Part shown: positions 1 through 13,235 of the stretch, in pieces
Numbering within the stretch: position 1 is the first letter of the stretch
Layout: every line of letters begins with the position of its first letter
NCBI GenBank assembly: GCA_951406725.2
Contig: OX597818.1
Span: 70,122,001-70,186,000 of the forward strand
Reading direction: 5' to 3'
DNA length: 64,000 nucleotides
Source of the DNA: Octopus vulgaris
Lineage: Eukaryota
Program-made: the position numbers and the translations under genes
Notes under the pieces: generated by a model
Told to the model about the DNA's origin: nothing
Databases searched by the model: none
Seen by the model: the letters and a program-made list of their open reading frames with translations, nothing else

Positions 1-210
1 AAATTTCGTTGCTAAAGTTGCAGAGAAGGCCACTTGCTAGCTTTGGACAAAGCAGGTCCACCAGTGGTTGACTGCTATGGGAAAGCAAGCTGGGACTTGA
101 TCAATTCCAGCTAGATTGACTGGATAAAGGGTCTCATGTTGAAAAAGCTAAAACACCTTGTGACCCCCAAAACATCACTAAGACAACACATCACCAAGCA
201 TTGGTGAGAG
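1..210 (+). mobile_element. Possible degraded 3' end of an RLE-type non-LTR retrotransposon (HERO/NeSL-like)
   Basis: Frame reads AKVAEKATC*LWTKQVHQW, resembling the AE(K/R)ASxWLW C-terminus of HERO/NeSL-type ORFs. It is followed by a UTR-like 'gggtctcatgttgaaaaagctaaaacaccttgtgacccc...catcact'. Short, decayed and recognised from memory only. Confidence 0.3.
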
Positions 211-245
211 ACATCTTAAAACAAGACTATAAAAATTTTATACAA

Positions 246-284
<39 letters not shown>

Positions 285-1087
285 CACATGTGTTGTGTGT
301 GTGTGTGTGTGTGTGTGTCACATGCATAGACATCTCAAAAGTAAATAGACACCATTGCTTTTAGAATATGTATTTGTAGGAACAAAATGATGTCACTTGA
401 TGCATTTAAAAAAATTTGATCTCAGATTTTGTTGTGCATAATACATAAAGTTTGAAGCAGCTGACGATGTCTGCTCCGATAAAATGGGATAAAAAGGATT
501 ATCTACTTACTTGATGTCTATATATAATCACCCACAGTTTATGTTCACATTTCATGCTAGCATCGCTGGAATGAACCATAATAGTCTGAGTTGTGCTCAC
601 TCAGTTGAAAATGTTGGCTGTGCCTCCCTAGACTAGGAGTCTTAGTTGGTCATGCTTGGGAATCCAGCCAGAAATTCTCATGACAGTCATTTTGGATGGG
701 AACCTATGCAGGGTGTACATGAGGACTCTACCCCTGCATCCATCCTCCAAGAAAGAACGGGCAGAGAAAATGAATGGAAAGAAATATAAAAATTCATTTG
801 AAATTCAATAGAAAAATGCTAATTTAATGCATGAAATTCAGTGGCGAATTCAGTAAAAATCTAATATTTTAATGTTAGACAGAAATAATGTCTGCTGTAG
901 ATTTACATCAATGTATAGAACAACATGATTAATCCCATGGGTTGTGAGTTCAGCTGTGGAAGTCATGAAACATGGTTTAGTAGAAGAGAATAAACCCTAC
1001 CTACATTTTGTAGTGTGTGTGTGAGAGTGTGTATATATGTGAATACAACTATATAAAATAATGCATATGTTTCTCTATGATTCTGTA

Positions 1088-1133
<46 letters not shown>

Positions 1134-1154
1134 TATATACCTTGCTCAGAGATT

Positions 1155-1194
<40 letters not shown>

Positions 1195-1254
1195 GATATT
1201 TATGTTTGTCTACATGCATGAATAGGTACAACATATTTTATTTCAATAGATATG

Positions 1255-1296
<42 letters not shown>

Positions 1297-1934
1297 CATG
1301 TATGTTTCTGTTTGCAGAAAGCAGTATGCAATGCACCATACAGAGTGAGGTTATTTAATGAGAATCGTTGATTATTTACTTGATCGCTTGTCAGAGTTCT
1401 CCCCATGTTGTTTACACAGGATCAGCCAGGCAACATTCGATGAATGAACAAAGTTAAATGTTAGAAACAATTTAACTAGGTTGACTTTCATTGGTTGAGG
1501 CTGACCATATTGTCAAATAGGTGGGGAACTCAAGATATCATAACTGCTAGTCAACCTGCTCTGCTGTAAGGGAAAGTACCAGGTCCAGACATGTAGAACT
1601 TGTTGAATCCGTTTATCTGGGATTCCACTTGTTACAGCTAGGAACCTCAAGTGTTTGAAAACTATCCAAAAATATTTTTCCTCACTGATTTTGGTAACAC
1701 ATGGCACCCAATTTCTGATTGAATGGTGTGACAGTTTTGATAATGCACCTTGCTATTACAGATGAAGATCTGTAATCTCTGAGTCTCCAGATAAAGTAAG
1801 ATAAAGGTGTAAAGGTTTCTGTGGCCTTTGATCTGAATAAGAGGAAATTGTTTGCTTTGCCACTTAGTCAGAAAGGAAAAGCAGAATCCACGATCATTTA
1901 CAAAGCCTCCAAGATTGATGAGAAATGTCTTAGA

Positions 1935-2130
1935 TCTTTTATGTCTTTCAGTTATTGGACTGTGGCCATGCTGCAGCACCAACTGGAAGGGTTTAGTTGA
2001 ACAGACTGACACCTGTACATTACTTTAAGCCTTGCACTTATTCTATCAACCTCTTTTTGCTGAATCTCCAAGTTACAGGGATGTGAACAAACCAACACTG
2101 GTCATCAAGCAATGGTGCAGGACAAGCACA
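1935..2130 (-). mobile_element. SINE family A, 3' half
   Basis: Reverse complement matches the 3' body of the copy at 7352-7742 (ccccgtaacttagc...agtaccagg...gtgctccagcatggccacagtc...aaaaga). Confidence 0.75.
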
Positions 2131-2644
2131 GGCACTAAGATACACACACACACACACACACACATATATGTACGCACAAACACACAAATATGCATACATA
2201 TATAGATATATAAGCCGGATTGCTTAAAACCAAAAAGACTCCATTAAAGGTAGCCAAAGTCCAGACAATTACTAATCAAATCTACCAAACAAGTAGGTCA
2301 CGGAGGGATTTGACAGAATGGGAAGAAATGGAAAAAACATCACAAGGCATCTTAATCCTTCCCTCACTTTAACATCACCATTTGGCATCTTGGGTGGATT
2401 TAGCAAAATTCACCCCTTTGCAAGCATTCACGTCACATCTTCAGTTTGAAGGTACCCCCCTCCCTCTAACCAGTCTCAGAAGCCCTGGAGAAAGTCATGG
2501 GTTCTGCTTTTCCTCCAATAAATTTCCTCTCATTTTCTGTTCATCTACTTTCACTTTCTCTGTATTGATCAAACTGAGGGTTTATTAGAAGACATTTGCC
2601 CAAGTTGAGACAAAGCAAAATCGAACCCACAATCACATGATTAC

Positions 2645-2981
2645 ATGACTGTGTGTTAAGAGGTTTGTTTCCCAACCACAAGGTTCTGAGTTCAATCCCA
2701 CTGCATGGCACCCCAGGTCAATCAATGCATTGTGAGTAAATTTGGTAGACAGAAACTGAAATAAGCCCATCAGGTGTGTGTGTGTGTTTGTCCCCTAGCA
2801 CAACTTGACAACAGGTTTTGGCTTGTTTGTGTCCCAGTAACTTAGCAGTTCTGCAAAAGAAACTGATACAATAAGCACCAGGCTTCAAAAGTAAGTCCTG
2901 GAGTTGAATCTTTCACCTCAGATTCTTCAAGACAGTGCCCCAGCATGGCCGCAGCCAAATTATCGAAACAAGTAAAAGAAT
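2645..2981 (+). mobile_element. tRNA-derived SINE family A, near full length
   Basis: Head with B-box-like gagttcaatccc, 'tttggtagacagaaactgaa', internal (TG)n, and 3' 'cagcatggccgcagcc...acaagtaaaagaa'. Colinear with 7352-7742 and 60720-61102. Confidence 0.8.
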
Positions 2982-3109
2982 TCTACAATTACTTCGATAA
3001 TGTGGCTATGACTGCAGTCATAGATATGTCACGATGGATAAGGAAGATATTATTTGATCAGACCGTTTATAACTTTATTAGAAATCAAGTAAAAATTGTT
3101 TCTAAAAAA

Positions 3110-3142
<33 letters not shown>

Positions 3143-3815
3143 GGCATGTGAATCTATGCGTGTGTATTGTGAGAGTACTATCAGGAAGGAGACTGTTAGT
3201 CAAATTCAGTGTTGCAGACATTTTAAGTTTGGTTTGAGGAAATTTATACCTGAAATCAAAAATTCACATCTTATATAAATTCATATACATTTTTTTGAAT
3301 ATATTTTTTATATATTTTTGTATAGCTTATTTATTTCTATATATTGTTTTATATATTTCATATATTCTTACACACACACATATATTCCTATCATATATAT
3401 TCCTGTATTCCTATTCATTTTTCTCTCTAATCTCTCAATCAAGTAAACAAGTCTACTGCAGCAACCAACAAAATATGAAATGATTTATCTTCTCTCTCTC
3501 TCTCTCCCTCTCTCCCCGCTCTCTCTCCCCCTCTCTCTCTCCCTCTCTCCCCCTCTCTCTCCCCTCTCCCTCCCTCTCTTTTCACTCAATGCTTATCTGT
3601 GTAATGTACATGTGTGTGTTTCTTCATGTGAATGCATGTGTGTGTATAAATACATATAGGTGTATTAAATGTTTATGTACTTGTGTGTATGTGTGTGTGT
3701 TTCTACATACATACATGAAGTATGGGTGTATGACAGGAATCTTGCTTCCCAACTACAAGGTCCCAGGTTCAGTCCTGCTGCATGGCACATTGGGCATGTG
3801 TCTTCTACTGTAGCC

Positions 3816-3853
<38 letters not shown>

Positions 3854-4372
3854 CATGCTCCTCTGTGTGTGTGTGTGTATTTATATGTATCTGTCTTTAT
3901 GCATGTGTGTGTGTGTATACACATGCACCCACACATACTCTTATACACACACACAGACAGATAGATAGATAGAGCAATAAATAAATAAACTTTTCCAAAG
4001 TAAAACATGGTTGACAGTGACTTTGAAGTTTTGGCTAGCTCATAATGCATCAGTCTAGTTAATGAACAAATTTTCTACAAAAAGCATTGAGTAAGCCATC
4101 AGTTTAATGTGAAAATGTTTTTATATGCAGCTAGACATAAAAAGTGAACATCTACATATTACACACACACACATATGGTGGGCTTCCTACAGTTTCCATC
4201 TACCAACTCCATTCATATGCCATTGTTTAGTCCATTGTTATCCACAACGATTTGTTGCAACTGGAACCTATAACCATGAGGTAGCAAAGTGGACTTTCAA
4301 ACTTCATGGCAACAAGTATATATATGTATTTGTATGTACATGCATGTGCTTGCTCTCTCTCTCTCTCGTTAG

Positions 4373-4410
<38 letters not shown>

Positions 4411-5834
4411 ATGTGTGTATGCATATGTATGTTTGCTACTTACTGGTCATTGACCATCACATTCAATGATTATCATCTCCTTTTTAATCTTTTTGATGTC
4501 TGTACTTCTTAGAGTACATTAACCACAGAGGACAGTAAATTGAGTGACTGGAGAATCATAGATGATGCCACCTCTGCTACATGTATCATATATTTTCACA
4601 AGCTAGGGAATTATGGGATTGGTAGTAATGAAGTACACACACACATACAATGTATATACAAGAGATCTGCTCACTCACCACATGTGGCCAAGTAATTCCA
4701 AGAAGTTTCATGGATTCAATCATTTACACAAATGAAGATTTGTCACATTCTTTGTGTTTGGCTTGAATTCTTCTTAAAACAACTTTAAAACTTCTCTAAG
4801 CTGAGTTGACAAAATTTTCGAATTGGTTCATTTTACTCTCAAAATTTTAACAATTTTCTTCGCTGAGTTTCGGGAATTTTAACCCCAGTTTCTAAGGCAA
4901 AAATTTCAAAGTTGCTCATAAAAGATCAGTTCATTAAATTGTCACTTCCTTTATCATCATCATCATTGTTTAACGTCCGTTTTTCATGCTGGCATGGGTT
5001 GGACGGTTTGACTGAGGTCTGGAAAGCCAGCAGCAGTACCAAGCAACTTATCTAATCTTAAAATAGACTAAAAACTCTTTTTGGTGGATACAGCCAAACC
5101 TAATCGAAATTATTTTGACAAAAGGTGGAGCATATTTTTAAGCTACAAGTTTTAAAGAATAAGTAAAAAAAAAAAAATAATAACTGCAGGTGGGCAATCA
5201 ATAATATTTGAAATATATTTATTGATTTTTATTTATTCGTTAATAGTTGCTTGTTAACTTCTTATTTTGATATCTTTCAACAGTCATCAAATATATTACA
5301 AAAGTTTAGAGATAGTCCAGAAAGAAGAGGCATCACCATATTCATCATCACTGTCATTTTACCGTCCACTTTTCCACTTTTCCAATGGGTCAGAAAGTAT
5401 TTGAAGAGGTAGGATTGTTGAAGCAGATACTCTCCCTGCTGACAACTCTCATCTGGTTCCACACGCAAATGGCAACGTCTTTCCATGGCCAGACACTGCT
5501 TGTATGATGCTGATGCTCATCTAGTACAAGCACATGTACGGACATACAAGGGAATACTTACAGTTTCCATTTACTAAATCAATTCAAGGATTTGGTCAGC
5601 CAAAGGCTATAGTAGAAGATACGGCCCTCCCCGTCTCTCTGTCTCTCTCACCTGCAAACATGGAGCTATCATTATTGTTTCTCTTCAATCATAAGAGAGG
5701 AACTGCACTCACACCCAGTCCATCCATCCCAACATTTACCCCGATGTGCTGTTGACCCTCACACCCATTATTGCAGTTCACACTTTTACTGACAGCCATC
5801 ACTCCCTTTCCCTCATCACCTTCTTTATCCCTCA

Positions 5835-6270
5835 TCTAAGCTCTTTCTTACCAATGAGAGTTCAGTCCCACTGCATGGGACCTTGGGCAAGTTTCTCCTC
5901 CTCTTATAGCCCCCAGATGACTAAAACCTTTTGAGTGGATATTTTGCACAGACAGCAAAAGAAGCTTGTCACATGTGAATAGGTGTGTGCATGTATAGGT
6001 GGTTGGGTGTGCATGAATGCATTTTGTGTCACCTGCCTTGACATCAGGTGATGGTTGTTGAAGGAGCATCATTGTCCCAAAAACAGTGTCCTTTGTTCCC
6101 GATTTTCTATGTAAACATGTCTGACCATGGGGAAATATTACCTTTGCTTGGAAACCGATGAGAGGAAGGACATCTGGCCACAGAAGATCTGCTTCAGCAA
6201 ATTCCATCCAACCCTTGCAAGCATAGAAAAGTGGCTGGTAAAACAATGATGATGATGATGATGATGATGA
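5835..6270 (+). mobile_element. SINE with family-A head, different body and RTE-like (GAT)n tail
   Basis: Head 'gagttcagtcccactgcatgggaccttgggcaagt'; ends 'ggaaggacatctggcc...catccaacccttgcaagcatagaaaagtgg...gatgatgatgat', similar to the RTE 3' terminus. Confidence 0.65.
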
Positions 6271-6274
6271 TAAC

Positions 6275-6590
6275 TAACTACAACTGGCATTCCATCAGTT
6301 ACAACAAGTGTCTCAGTTGTTCCAATCAATGGAACAGCCTGCTCATGACATTAACATGCATGTGGCTGAGTACTCCACAGACACAGGTACCCTCACTATA
6401 GTTCTTAGTAAGATTCAGCATGACACAGCATGTGACAAGGTTGGCCCTTTAAAATACAGGTACAAAGCATTCTTGCCAGCTGAGTGAACTGGAGCAACAT
6501 GAAGTAAAGTGTCTTGCTCAAGGACACAACACCACTGGGATTCGAACTCGCAACTTTATGAGGATGAGTTGAATACCCTAACCACTGAAG
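6275..6590 (-). mobile_element. tRNA-derived SINE family B
   Basis: Minus-strand head 'cagtggttagggtattc...gagttcgaatccc' (A/B-box-like). Body 'aatggaacagcctgctc...gctgagtactccacagacac' is shared with 19575-19845, 41085-41305 and 62700-62830. Confidence 0.75.
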
Positions 6591-7157
6591 CAAGCAAGGA
6601 TACAAGCAAACACGCATCCCACAGAACACACACACACATGCACACCCACCCACCCACACACGTGTACAATAAGAGTTACATATTAAAACAGTGTGAGAAT
6701 AATAATCTCATTAATGAAAGAAATAAAAAAGAAGAGAACAAAAAAGTAAAGAAAATGGAAAGAATGATGCCTAGAATCTTAGCAATTAATCATTGTGGGT
6801 TTGTTGTCAAAGAACTCGTTAATGTTTCCAGTGAATGAACATAATTACACCAATATAGGGAATCCCATTGTGGTTTTTATATAGGTTAACAATGATATTA
6901 AAAATTATATTAAAAAAAACAACCTCAAATAAATACAATATATAGATGTGTGTGTTTGTGTGTAACTTACAATATATAGAAGTGTATATATAAGATACGA
7001 TAAAAAAAATTGTCATGTAAATGGTGGAAAGATGTCCTGCTTAGAAACAGGTGAGAGTTGATATCAGGAAGGGCATTCGGCTGTGGAAAATCTCCCTCAA
7101 GGAACTCTGTTGGATGCATGCAAGCATGGAAATGTTGCTGTCATTAGAATGAGAGAT

Positions 7158-7312
7158 GTGGCCGTGTGGTAAGAAGCTTGCTTCCCAACTGCATGGGTCT
7201 GGGTTCAGTCCCATTGTGTGACACCTTGGGCAAGTGTTTTCTACTATAACATTGGGCCAACCAAAATCTTGCCATAGGATATGAAAAATGGAAACTGAAA
7301 GAAGCCCATCTT
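7158..7312 (+). mobile_element. SINE family A head (truncated)
   Basis: 'gtggccgtgtggtaagaagcttgcttcccaac...gggttcagtccc...ccttgggcaagtg', nearly identical to the copy immediately downstream. Confidence 0.85.
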
Positions 7313-7351
7313 GCTTGTATGTGTGTGTGTGTATATATATATATATATAGG

Positions 7352-7742
7352 TGCAGGAGTGGCTGTGTGGTAAGAAGCTTGCTTCCCAACCACTTGGTTC
7401 TGGGTTCAGTCCCACTGTGTGACACCTTGGGCAAGTGCCTTCTATTATAGCCTTGGGCCAACCGAAGCTTTGTGAGTGGATTTGGTAGACGGAAACTGAA
7501 AGAAGTCTGTCATATACATATATATATTTGTGTGTTTGTGTATCTGTGTTTGTCCCTCCATCATCGCTTGACAACTGATCTTGGTGTGTCTATGTCCCCG
7601 TAACTTAGCAGTTTGGCAAAAGAGACCAATAGAATAAGTACCAGGCTTACAAAGAGTAAGTCCAGAGGGCGATTTCTTCAACTAAAAGGCAGTGCTCCAG
7701 CGTGGCCACAGTCAAAATGACAGACAAGTAAAAGAATAAAAG
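7352..7742 (+). mobile_element. tRNA-derived SINE family A, full length (octopus OR-type SINE likely; family name not confirmed)
   Basis: A-box-like tggctgtgtgg, B-box-like ggttcagtccc, 'ccttgggcaagt' core, internal TA/TG microsatellite and 3' tail 'acaagtaaaagaataaaag'. Many partial copies elsewhere in the window. Confidence 0.88.
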
Positions 7743-7945
7743 CATCGGAGTCTGTGTGAGACACTGTGTTATAAGGCTGTGCCTTCCAATTATAAGACAC
7801 AATGCATCTAACATGCTTTGTCGGTCAACCTGATGCTATCAAAAAATATTTGCTCCAAGATGCTGTGCAGTAGAATGGAAACAGGGACTTCACAATTGCA
7901 AAGCAGCAGCTTAACCTTTTGCCTGTTTAATTTAGAGACCAATTG

Positions 7946-7985
<40 letters not shown>

Positions 7986-8261
7986 GCTTATACATACACA
8001 AACATGTACATATGCACACACATAAACATTCAAATGTGCGTGTTTGTGGGTGGGTGGGTGGGTGTTTGTATATACATATACATACATATTTATGAATATA
8101 TATATATATACACATACACATGTATATATTCATACTCACACATACACACACAAACCTGTCCGTGTGTATGGGAAAGGAAGATTTAAATGTACCTATATCA
8201 TTAATCATAATGCAAAGAATTAAAATGACGGCAGCGAAAAAATATTCTTTCAATAGGCTTT

Positions 8262-8433
<172 letters not shown>

Positions 8434-9039
8434 CACTGCAGAACTGCATAAATTCTGTTCAACTGACAAAGTATTCAACTTTCTGTTGGCTTCTTCATGA
8501 CAATAACTATAAGGGAAGACAAAAAGAATACAAAAAAAAGACAATTAAGAAATATAGAAAGAGAGGAAGAGAGATGGGTAAAAGAAGAAAGAGAGGGAGA
8601 AAGAGAGAAAGAAAGTGAGAAAATGTAGATAATTCTTGAGATAGGAGAGAGCTATCAGTTATTCTTTTTCGCACAATACAATTGGATTAGTGAAAGCTAC
8701 TTATTTCTTAGTACAAGAACAGGACATAAACCCCACATCAGGTAGCAGCAGCAGCAGCAGCAGCAGCTGTCATAGAAATATGCTTATTTAAACAGACCAG
8801 TTTTAAACAGAAAACTGCTGTATGTAGAGTGTGCAATCTAACAGCTCAGTATTTCATGGAATAGCATCAAACAATAACCGGTGGAGCAAAAGTCAGAATT
8901 TAACGGTTCATTCATACAAAAATGAACCTGGGTTTCTGAGCACTTTTTTGAGGGTTTTTATTTATTTTTTTATGTATATTTCTAAAAAATACCATTTTTA
9001 ATATGAGTAACCTTATGGGCTGGGTGGGGAGAGCTGCTC

Positions 9040-9430
9040 TTTGTGGTCAATAAATCTCAACTACAAGTAAATAACAGCCAAATCTCATTCAATCACACCT
9101 TATTGTCTCGAGAAAAAATAATGAAGGATTCCTGAATTTATAAGAGGATGGGATGTCATAGTTGGATTGTTTTGATTAGGATTAATGTATTTTCAAGCAA
9201 CAGATTTAGACAGATGAGCCAATGACAGGATGTCACCTAACATCCTAGAGGTAACAGCCAAACATCCCACAGATTACACTGTACTATCTTTAAAAGTGAA
9301 ACCAAGAGGAGATAATAATGTATGTGTAGTATGTGATGTGCTGTACCTAAAAACCAGATAGGATGGTCACAGTTGGAAAGCCTTTGATCATGTGTTTTTT
9401 TTTCATCAGACCAGATCAGGTGCTAAAGAA
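9040..9430 (+). mobile_element. Two tandem decayed copies of a third SINE-like family (C)
   Basis: Motifs 'aacagccaaa...cacac' and 'ggatggtcacagttggaaagcctttgatcat' recur at about 43955-44128 and 51735-51925 (ending in (CAA)n), and on the minus strand at about 19285-19500 and 57465-57545. Confidence 0.5.
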
Positions 9431-9684
9431 AAAAAAGGCAATTTGTGATTTTATTTCTAACAAAATTTTTAAATTAATTTTCAATGTAATCAAGATTTTC
9501 AAAGTGTTCAAAAAACACACACACAAAAAAAGCTGTATCTGTAACTATTTATATTGGTGTATACATTGCTGTGCCTATCCACACACACACACACATTTTC
9601 ATATGAGTGGTCTCAGGCAGCATTGTACAGATAAACAGGATATATTACACCATATCTGTATGTGTGTGTGTGTGTATATATATA

Positions 9685-9910
9685 ATCATCATCATCCTTT
9701 AACATCAGTTTTCCATGCTGGCATGGGATGCACAGTTTGACCAGAACTGGCCAGCTTCGGAAGCTCCACCAGGTTCCAGTCTGATTTGGTTTAGTTTCTA
9801 CAGCAGGATGTCCTTCTTAAATTCCAGCCAATTTATAATGTGTGCTTTTAACGTTCCACCAGCATCAGTGCTTTTATGTGGCACTGGCACAGGGCTCCCA
9901 CAGGCCAATC
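9685..9910 (-). mobile_element. RTE-type LINE 3' end
   Basis: (CAT)n then 'ttccatgctggcatggg...tttctacagcaggatgtccttc', the reverse complement of the RTE terminus at 54200-54346. Confidence 0.7.
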
Positions 9911-10068
9911 CCCTTCCCCAGGGGATGTGGGCTTGAATATGGATATATGAAATAATGTCATGAGGCATAGAAACAATGAAGATAGAGAAAACCTTCTCAC
10001 TGAAACATCCTCAATTCCTGCAATCAAATCTCTGCTTCCTTCATTTTATTTGAAAATTTCCTGCAGTG

Positions 10069-10273
10069 ATCATTACCTACATCACCTTACTGTAATCATT
10101 ACCTACATCACCTTACTGTAATCATTACCTGCATCACCTTACTGTAATCATTACCTACATCACCTTACTGTAATCATTACCTACATCACCTTACTGTAAT
10201 CATTACCTGCGTCACCTTACTGTAATCATTACCTACATCACCTTACTGTAATCATTACCTGCGTCACCTTACT
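10069..10273. repeat. 26-bp minisatellite, ~7.9 copies (ATCATTACCTACATCACCTTACTGTA)
   Basis: Units counted directly at 26-bp spacing from 10069; the last unit runs straight into RTE 3' UTR sequence. Confidence 0.95.
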
Positions 10274-10583
10274 AGCACTTGTGCTGGTGGCACGTGACAA
10301 AAAAACATTCGAGCAAGGTCGTCGCCAGTGCCACTGGACTGGCTCCTGTGCAGGTGGCACATAAAAAGCACCATTTGAGCATGGCCGTTACCAGTACCAC
10401 CAAACTGGCCCTCGTGCCGGTCACACTTAAAAGCACCCATTAAATTCTCAGAGTGGTTGGCATTAGGAAGGGCATCCAGCTGTAGAAACTCTGCAAGATC
10501 AGATTGGAGTCTGGTTCGCCAGACCTCAGTCAAATCATCCAACCCATGCTTGCATGGAAAGCAGATGTTAAATGATGATGATG
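10255..10583 (+). mobile_element. RTE LINE 3' UTR fragment
   Basis: gtgc..gtggcac subrepeats, 'ggaagggcatccagctgtagaaact', 'ccatgcttgcatggaaa' and a gatgatgatg tail; matches 54070-54346. Confidence 0.85.
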
Positions 10584-11399
10584 TTTAAGTTGTAAACTTA
10601 AAGCTTTCTTGTGCCCACTCCAAAGTACAGGATTGTCACAGTGTGCAATGCCAAATTCAAATTACCTGAAAGTCCATTCAGTAAGAATCTAGTTTTACCT
10701 AGCTGACATGTTTTAAACCATCTTTGTCATCATTCTGCATTTGCTCTCCATATTGGTAGATGTCAGTCAGACTGTTACAGTCCCAATCGGTTTCCTTATT
10801 AAGACTTCCTGCCAACCTTAAGGGGTAGGAGTACCATTCCTTGCTTACACAGGATTTCCATGATTTGAGATGCAACACCAACCCCTTTACTGAATCTGCT
10901 GTTTCTGGGTTTGTATTTTTATCCCGACATCAGTATTAGACATGTTATCTCCTCAACAAGCCTATCCCTAACCATTTTCTCAACATTTTTTACATGCCAC
11001 CAGCATGAACCCTTTTACGTGGCACTGGCACAGGGCTCTCACTGGCCAATCCTCTTCACCAGGGAATACGACCTTATATATGAAATAATGTCCTGACGTA
11101 TTTTGTCTACTCACTTGAAAAACAAGTTTGGAATTGTTGTTGCACTGTGTCCACTGAGGAATGGCAAGAAGGAGCAGCAACAAGGGCATCTGAGATTGGA
11201 GATGAATGTTTCAAGGGATTGTGAGAAGATCGCAAAGATCATCATCATCATCATTATTTTAAAGGTCACTTTTTCATGCTCGCATGAGTTGGATGCAATT
11301 TACTAAGGTTCATTCTCTACAGCAAGAGGCTCTTCTTGTTGCCAACCCTTACCTGTCTCCAAGCAAGGTAATATTTTCCAAAGCACCGGTGCTACATAT

Positions 11400-11620
11400 G
11401 AAGCACCCATGCTGGTGCCATATAAAAGGAATCCAGTTGCACTCTGTAAAGTGGCTGACATTTGGAAGAGCATCCAGCCATAGAAACTATGCCAAATCAG
11501 ACAATGGATCCTGGTGCTGCCCTCCAGCCTTGCCAGCTCCTGTCGAACCATCTAACTCATCCCAACGTGGAAAACAGACCCTAAATGGTGATGATGATGA
11601 TGATGACGACAATGGTGACT
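11400..11620 (+). mobile_element. RTE LINE 3' end (decayed)
   Basis: 'gctggtgccatataaaagg...ggaagagcatccagccatagaaac' followed by a (GAT)n tail. Confidence 0.7.
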
Positions 11621-11656
11621 GAAAGTGAAGGACACTAATTGTAAGATACTTCATTG

Positions 11657-11910
11657 TCATCATCATCATCATCATCATCATCATGTAACGTCCATTTTCC
11701 ATGTTGGCATGGGTTGGATGGTTTGATAGTCGATGGCAAGCCAGAGAGCTGCACCAGGCTCCATTATCTGTTTGGTATGATTTCTATGGCAGGATGCCCT
11801 TCCTTATTCCAGCCAATTTACAGAGAGTACTGGATGCATTTTATGTGGCACCAGCATGAGTGCTTTTTTGTGGCATGAGCACCAGTGCTTTTCACATGGC
11901 CACACAATGC
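11657..11910 (-). mobile_element. RTE LINE 3' end, tail-to-tail with the previous copy
   Basis: (CAT)n then 'aacgtccattttccatgttggcatgggttggatgg...ggatgcccttcc'. Confidence 0.75.
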
Positions 11911-12894
11911 CAAGACTAGGAGACAGTAACACACACACACACACACACATGTACTAACATAAATGCATCTCATTCAGCTTCTGTCTTGCAAATGCACCCA
12001 AAGGCATTCATTAGTCCAAAGCTATGATATAACAGACATGTTCAAGGACCCAAACAGTGGGACAGAGTCCAAAACCTCCCTTACTGCCCGGCCACTTTTG
12101 TGCCTATAAATACAAATGCTTTAAGGTGTGGCCCTCTGACCCAGTGGATCATCACTTAAGCATCAACTAAAATTAGAATTTGTGCACAAAACCAATTTCC
12201 TGACATTTCCCATTTATGATTCTGAATTTAATCTTACCAATATTTAACTCAAATCCATTTGTAACCCTCACTCTCCAACCTGGTTCTCTGAGATAAACTT
12301 CTTGTTTTAAAGATATCTAAATTAAAATACTCTGTTAAAAATGTTAATATACGGTTGCGTCACTAGTTTAATAATGATAATAAAATCATTTTTCTAAATT
12401 TTTCTAAATTGAAATAAGAGCAGTGGATTTCAAGAGAAATGTGCTTAAAAAACAGTTTGATCTCCCAATTCAGTGAAGACTGAAAAACAACTGAATGTGA
12501 CATTTTTTTGATAGTTGAATGCATTTGACGGTCATTGACAGTTAGATGTTTTCAACATGGACAGAATAGTATGAATTGCTGAGCTTTTTAGCTGTCAGCC
12601 TGTCATCATAGTCATCCATCTGACATAACAGAAGTTAACTTTGGTCATTAAGAACTGTGGGTAACTGCTCCAGACTAAAGAGAAATGTCAGTCGTATTAA
12701 AAAGTTCTTCTGTTGGAAAACTCCAGTTTGTTGATAGTCAGTTTAAGAGTTGGTAGCTTTGTATGTTCCATACAATAGTGATTTGTGTGTGTGTGTGTGT
12801 GTTTGTGTGTGTGAGTGGAAGCAAAAATAGACGTAAATGTGTTTAGATAGATCCATAGGTATGCGTATTTTTGTGGCTACTGTTTGTGTGTACA

Positions 12895-12919
12895 TATGCA
12901 TATGTCTATATATATATAG

Positions 12920-12961
<42 letters not shown>

Positions 12962-13235
12962 ACATATATAAATGCATGTCTATGTACATATATAGGCATA
13001 TATACACATGCAGTACATATAATCATACATATACATATGTACACATGTATAAATATACTTTTTTATATATATATATACATGTGTATGTGTGTGTGTATGT
13101 ATATATATATGCACACACACACACACACAAACACACACATATATATATATATGCACACACACACACACACACATATATATTTTTTTTTATATGCATATAT
13201 GTGTATATATGTGTGTGTGTTTGCACACACATATT
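12895..13235. repeat. Compound (TA)n/(CA)n/(TG)n microsatellite block
   Basis: Directly visible. Similar blocks occur at about 1085-1300, 42490-42870, 58570-58780 and 59350-59800. Confidence 0.95.

Noticed and set aside
7352-7430. tRNA gene
   Set aside because: A/B-box-like motifs belong to SINE heads; no cloverleaf, and the sequence continues into the SINE body.
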